The notes under the pieces were generated by a model. It worked only from the letters and a program-made list of their open reading frames with translations, did not search any database and was not told where the DNA came from. Source: a virus. From it: a stretch of DNA of 52,405 nucleotides. Below are positions 48,785 to 52,405 of this stretch, in pieces. The DNA is taken from the IMG/VR virus record IMGVR_UViG_3300044712_002679, positions 1 through 52,405 of that record. One strand, 5' to 3'. A program made the position numbers and the translations under genes. Each line of letters opens with the position of its first letter. Positions within the stretch are counted from its first letter, which is position 1.

Positions 48785-48856
48785 TTACTTTTTTATTATT
48801 ATATATAAATATCATAAAATAAAAAAAGCTATTCTTTTTCAATAAATCATTTTTAC

Positions 48857-48885
48857 TAAACAATTAGATATAAAAATTATATAAA
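48857..48885 (+). promoter_or_regulatory. TAAAC-N18-TATAAA putative phage (middle) promoter
   Basis: Upstream of the helicase-MTase operon. Confidence 0.55.
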
Positions 48886-48903
48886 CAACAAAACAATTTG
48901 TTA

Positions 48904-50538
48904 ATGATCATCAATGATAAAGAAATATATTACCCAATTAGATATATCCCAAAAGATTATCAAATAGAAGCACTTGATTTTATTAAAAAATCAATAATGT
49001 CTGGTAAAAAATATATTTTACTTAATTTACCTACAGGAACAGGAAAATCATTTTTAAGTGTGAGTATGTTTGCAAATTGGTATAAAAATTTTGTAAATAA
49101 AGATGCGAAATTTGATGTTCTTACTAATTCAAAAGTGTTACAAGAACAATATTTAAGGGATTTTGATTTCATCAATAATTATAAAGGAAAAAATAATTAT
49201 TATTGTCGAAGTTATGACACAGATTGTGCTAATGGTAAAGAATTGTGTAAAATTTTAAAAAATAGATGTGTTGAATGTCCATATGATCTTGCTAAAAATA
49301 AATGGCTTGCTGGTGATATCGGATTAACAAATTTTCATTTATTTAATACATTATCATTGCATCAAACTGAAATACTTCAACGTAGAAATGGTAATGTTTT
49401 GATTATAGATGAATCACATGATTTTGAAAATATATATAGTGATTTTTTATCAACAAAAGTAAGTGCAAAAACATTAAAAAAATGTGGATTAAATCAAAAA
49501 GAAATAGAAACTCTTGATGATAGATTCATATCCAAAATAAAATATTTAGATAAATATATTGAATTTGTTGAACGAAAGCTAATTTCAATTCTTGAAGAAA
49601 AATTAGAATTTTTTGAAAAAGAAATTGAAATAACCCATCAATCAAAAAAGAAAATTGAATTAACCCAATATATTCAAAATATTCAAAGTAAATTATTAAC
49701 ATTTAAACATTTATTTGAATCATATAAAAATGATCCAACTAATATAGTTCTTGATATTAATATCAATAAAAAAGATAAAATGTATTCTGGTGTTGAACTT
49801 GTATCCCAACATATTTGGGTATATGAATATATTTACGAATATGTTTGGAAACATTATGATCATATTATATTTATGTCAGCATCAATCTTAGATAAACATA
49901 TGTTTAGTTTTATTAATGGATTAGATACTGACATCACAACATATTATGAAATTCCAACACCTTTTGCACAAAATAATAGAAATATCTATTATTTAAAAAT
50001 AGGTAAAATGAATTATACTAGCAAAGAAGAAACATTTAAAAAACAAATACCTTGGATAAAAAAAATACTTGCTAAATATAAAGATAAAAAAGGAATTATA
50101 CATACAACAAATTATGAAATTACTGAATGGATTAAAGATAATATTTTCGACGAACGATTATTATTTCATGATACTGAAAATAGAAATGATATATTGGAAA
50201 AACATTTAACAAGTTTAGAACCTACTATTCTTGTAAGTCCATCTATGATGAGTGGAATTGATTTAAAAGACAATTTAGCCAGGTTTCAAATATTATTAAA
50301 GATACCATATCCAAATATTGCAGCAAATAAGATTAAAGCACGACAAAAATCCAATCCGGATTGGTATAATTTAAAAACTTCTATGGATTTACTTCAAATG
50401 TATGGTAGAACAACAAGAACTGATACCGACTTTTCAGATACATTTATACTTGATTCAAATTTTTCTGATATCTTAAAGTATAATAAATACTTACCTAAAT
50501 ATTTTATAGATGCCGTTAAAATTTTAAAAATTGATTAA
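48904..50538 (+). CDS. DinG/Rad3-family helicase
   Basis: LPTGTGKS, Cys cluster, IIDESH, MSAS, KIPYP, QMYGRTTR. ATG at 48904 preferred. Confidence 0.88.
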   Translation: MIINDKEIYYPIRYIPKDYQIEALDFIKKSIMSGKKYILLNLPTGTGKSFLSVSMFANWYKNFVNKDAKFDVLTNSKVLQEQYLRDFDFINNYKGKNNYYCRSYDTDCANGKELCKILKNRCVECPYDLAKNKWLAGDIGLTNFHLFNTLSLHQTEILQRRNGNVLIIDESHDFENIYSDFLSTKVSAKTLKKCGLNQKEIETLDDRFISKIKYLDKYIEFVERKLISILEEKLEFFEKEIEITHQSKKKIELTQYIQNIQSKLLTFKHLFESYKNDPTNIVLDININKKDKMYSGVELVSQHIWVYEYIYEYVWKHYDHIIFMSASILDKHMFSFINGLDTDITTYYEIPTPFAQNNRNIYYLKIGKMNYTSKEETFKKQIPWIKKILAKYKDKKGIIHTTNYEITEWIKDNIFDERLLFHDTENRNDILEKHLTSLEPTILVSPSMMSGIDLKDNLARFQILLKIPYPNIAANKIKARQKSNPDWYNLKTSMDLLQMYGRTTRTDTDFSDTFILDSNFSDILKYNKYLPKYFIDAVKILKID

Positions 50539-50540
50539 AT

Positions 50541-51395
50541 ATGATTGTACTAAGTTTATTTGATGGTATAAGTTGTGGCAGAGTTGCATTAGAACGAATA
50601 GGAATAAAAGTAGATAAATATTTTGCATCAGAAATTGATAAATATGCGATAAACGTTTCTATGAAAAATTACCCTGATATTATACAGCTTGGTGATGTTA
50701 CTAATGTAATAGGTGAAAAATTACCAAAAATTGATCTTTTAATTGGTGGCTCACCATGCCAAGGTTTTTCTTTTGCTGGTAAACAATTAAATTTTAATGA
50801 TTCAAGAAGTAAATTATTTTTTGAATTTATTCGATTAAAAAATGAAATTAATCCAACATTTTTTCTATTAGAAAACGTTGATATGAAGCAAGAATATCAA
50901 GATATAATATCTGAATATTTGGGTGTTAAACCAATTATAATAAATAGTAATCTTGTTTCAGCCCAAAATAGAAAACGTCTTTATTGGACAAATATTCCAA
51001 TCACATTTTTACCTGTTGATAAAAAATTATATATTAAAGATATAAGATTTAATTGTGCAAAAACAGCACATAGAAATATTGATAACATTATACAATATAA
51101 AACAACTAATTATATACAATTTGATCCAAACAATAAAGGTAATAGATCACATGATGCTAGAGTATATTTTGATAATAAAAAATTTGGGACACTACGAAAT
51201 AAAAATGTGAATTTTATATTTTGTTGTAATGGGAATATTAGAAGAATGGATCCAATCGAATGGGAACGTTTACAAACATTACCAGATAATTATACTAATT
51301 GTGTCAGTAATAGTCAAAGATATAAAATGTTAGGAAATGGTTGGACTGTTGATATTATTGCACACATTTTTTCATTCATAAAAGATGATTTTTAA
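50541..51395 (+). CDS. DNA cytosine-C5 methyltransferase
   Basis: SLFDG, GGSPCQ, LLENV, QNRKR, ERLQ, GNGW. Confidence 0.93.
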   Translation: MIVLSLFDGISCGRVALERIGIKVDKYFASEIDKYAINVSMKNYPDIIQLGDVTNVIGEKLPKIDLLIGGSPCQGFSFAGKQLNFNDSRSKLFFEFIRLKNEINPTFFLLENVDMKQEYQDIISEYLGVKPIIINSNLVSAQNRKRLYWTNIPITFLPVDKKLYIKDIRFNCAKTAHRNIDNIIQYKTTNYIQFDPNNKGNRSHDARVYFDNKKFGTLRNKNVNFIFCCNGNIRRMDPIEWERLQTLPDNYTNCVSNSQRYKMLGNGWTVDIIAHIFSFIKDDF

Positions 51396-51416
51396 TATAT
51401 AAAAATAAATAATTAA

Positions 51417-52025
51417 TTGAAAAAATTAATATCTATATTAGTATCAGTAAATTATGATGATGTTCTTGAAAAAGTAATAAAAAATAACTTATCAATTGTT
51501 GATAGATGTATCATTATCACCACACCAACAGATAAAAAAACAATTGATATTGCTAAACAATATAACTTAGTTTGTTTATTATCTTCTTCGTGTTATGATA
51601 ATAATTGTCCATTTAATAAATCTAAAATGATTAATATCGGGCTTAAATATATTTATGAAACATATCCCAATGATGTATATTTAATAATGGATGCTGATAT
51701 AATTCTAAATAAAAATATCAGAACATATATAAATAAAGTTAAACATAATCAAATATATGGTACTAATAGATATTTGGTTGAAGATATTAATTCTAATTTA
51801 TCTGATTTAAGTCAATTTAAATTAGAAAACCCATTACATAATTATTATTGCTGTATTGGTTATACACAATTATTTGTGGATAAAAAATTTTATAATGAAG
51901 GTTATGAAACAGCAGCAGAATGTGATATGGATTTTGCTAAATCTTTTAAATATAATAAAATTATGGATAATTGTGATGTTATACATTTAGGTATAACAGA
52001 AAAAAATTGGAAAGGTCGAAAATGA
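51417..52025 (+). CDS. GT-A fold (GT2-like) glycosyltransferase
   Basis: SVNYDD, FNKSKMINIG, MDADI, GYTQLF, CDMDF, HLG. Confidence 0.75.
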   Translation: MKKLISILVSVNYDDVLEKVIKNNLSIVDRCIIITTPTDKKTIDIAKQYNLVCLLSSSCYDNNCPFNKSKMINIGLKYIYETYPNDVYLIMDADIILNKNIRTYINKVKHNQIYGTNRYLVEDINSNLSDLSQFKLENPLHNYYCCIGYTQLFVDKKFYNEGYETAAECDMDFAKSFKYNKIMDNCDVIHLGITEKNWKGRK

Positions 52026-52405
52026 GAAATATATCAGAAATGAATATTATACAAATTGATATAACTAATTCATGTACTAATGGCTGTTCAAATTGCACAA
52101 GGTTCTGTGGACATTATACTAAAGATCGTATATATTTTATGGATAAAGATTATTTTATTGCAGCTTTAACATCATTGAAAGATTTTGATGGTATTATTGG
52201 TATTATTGGTGGTGAACCAACACTTCATCCATTATTTTGTGAATTTTGTGAAATTTTTAAAGAATTTAAACCCAATAAAGAAAAAAGAGGATTATGGTCT
52301 AATACATATGGAAATTTTCAAAAATATAAAGATGTAATTAATGATACTTTTGGATATTTTAATCTTAATGATCATATTTCTAGAAAAATTATGCATACCC
52401 CGATT
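52022..52405 (+). CDS. Radical SAM protein, 3'-partial
   Basis: Not in the ORF track. MRNISEMNIIQIDITNSCTNGCSNC (CxxxCxxC), GGEPTLHP. Confidence 0.9.
   Translation, partial: MRNISEMNIIQIDITNSCTNGCSNCTRFCGHYTKDRIYFMDKDYFIAALTSLKDFDGIIGIIGGEPTLHPLFCEFCEIFKEFKPNKEKRGLWSNTYGNFQKYKDVINDTFGYFNLNDHISRKIMHTPI

Noticed and set aside
1-52405. Alternative genetic code (stop-codon reassignment as in some large Bacteroidota phages)
   Set aside because: Standard-code ORFs are long and tile densely. TGA is used in ATGA overlaps and TAG ends the cupin gene at a terminator. TAG stops are rare, so a genome-wide check is still sensible.
1-52405. tRNA, rRNA, reverse transcriptase/DGR or cas genes
   Set aside because: None recognised by eye. 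Intergenic gaps are short and AT-rich. tRNAscan and Infernal were not run.

Overview
Very AT-rich, gene-dense fragment of a large T4-like (jumbo/huge-type) phage genome, most likely infecting a Bacteroidota host. Host evidence is 12 co-oriented TAnnTTTG promoters and a signal-peptide/Gln beta-barrel gene. Layout: 1-11.4 kb holds virion structural genes (Gly-X-Y fibre open at the left edge, LamG/Thr-rich/PHP proteins, gp14-like neck). A solo tnpB follows. 12.7-36 kb is an accessory/early region (SprT, receiver domain, ART-PolyVal, two nucleotidyltransferases, two ligase-like proteins, AAA-M41 protease, three C5-methyltransferases with one intein, HNH and PD-(D/E)XK nucleases, PARP, split dNMP kinase). 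Then come uvsW/uvsY, large probable structural genes, an array of terminally tagged genes, a DinG-like helicase, a fourth methyltransferase, a glycosyltransferase and a partial radical SAM gene. The strongest unexplained signal is that about 11 unrelated proteins share a T4 capsid-targeting-like N-terminal tag, four share a C-terminal (A)KKYNIL tag, and the tags are joined by a near-identical ~50-bp gene-junction repeat. This suggests a cassette-organised set of virion-packaged effectors. Three promoter classes can be read from the intergenic DNA. No tRNA, rRNA or CRISPR array was seen. All family calls come from motif recognition by eye, not database searches.
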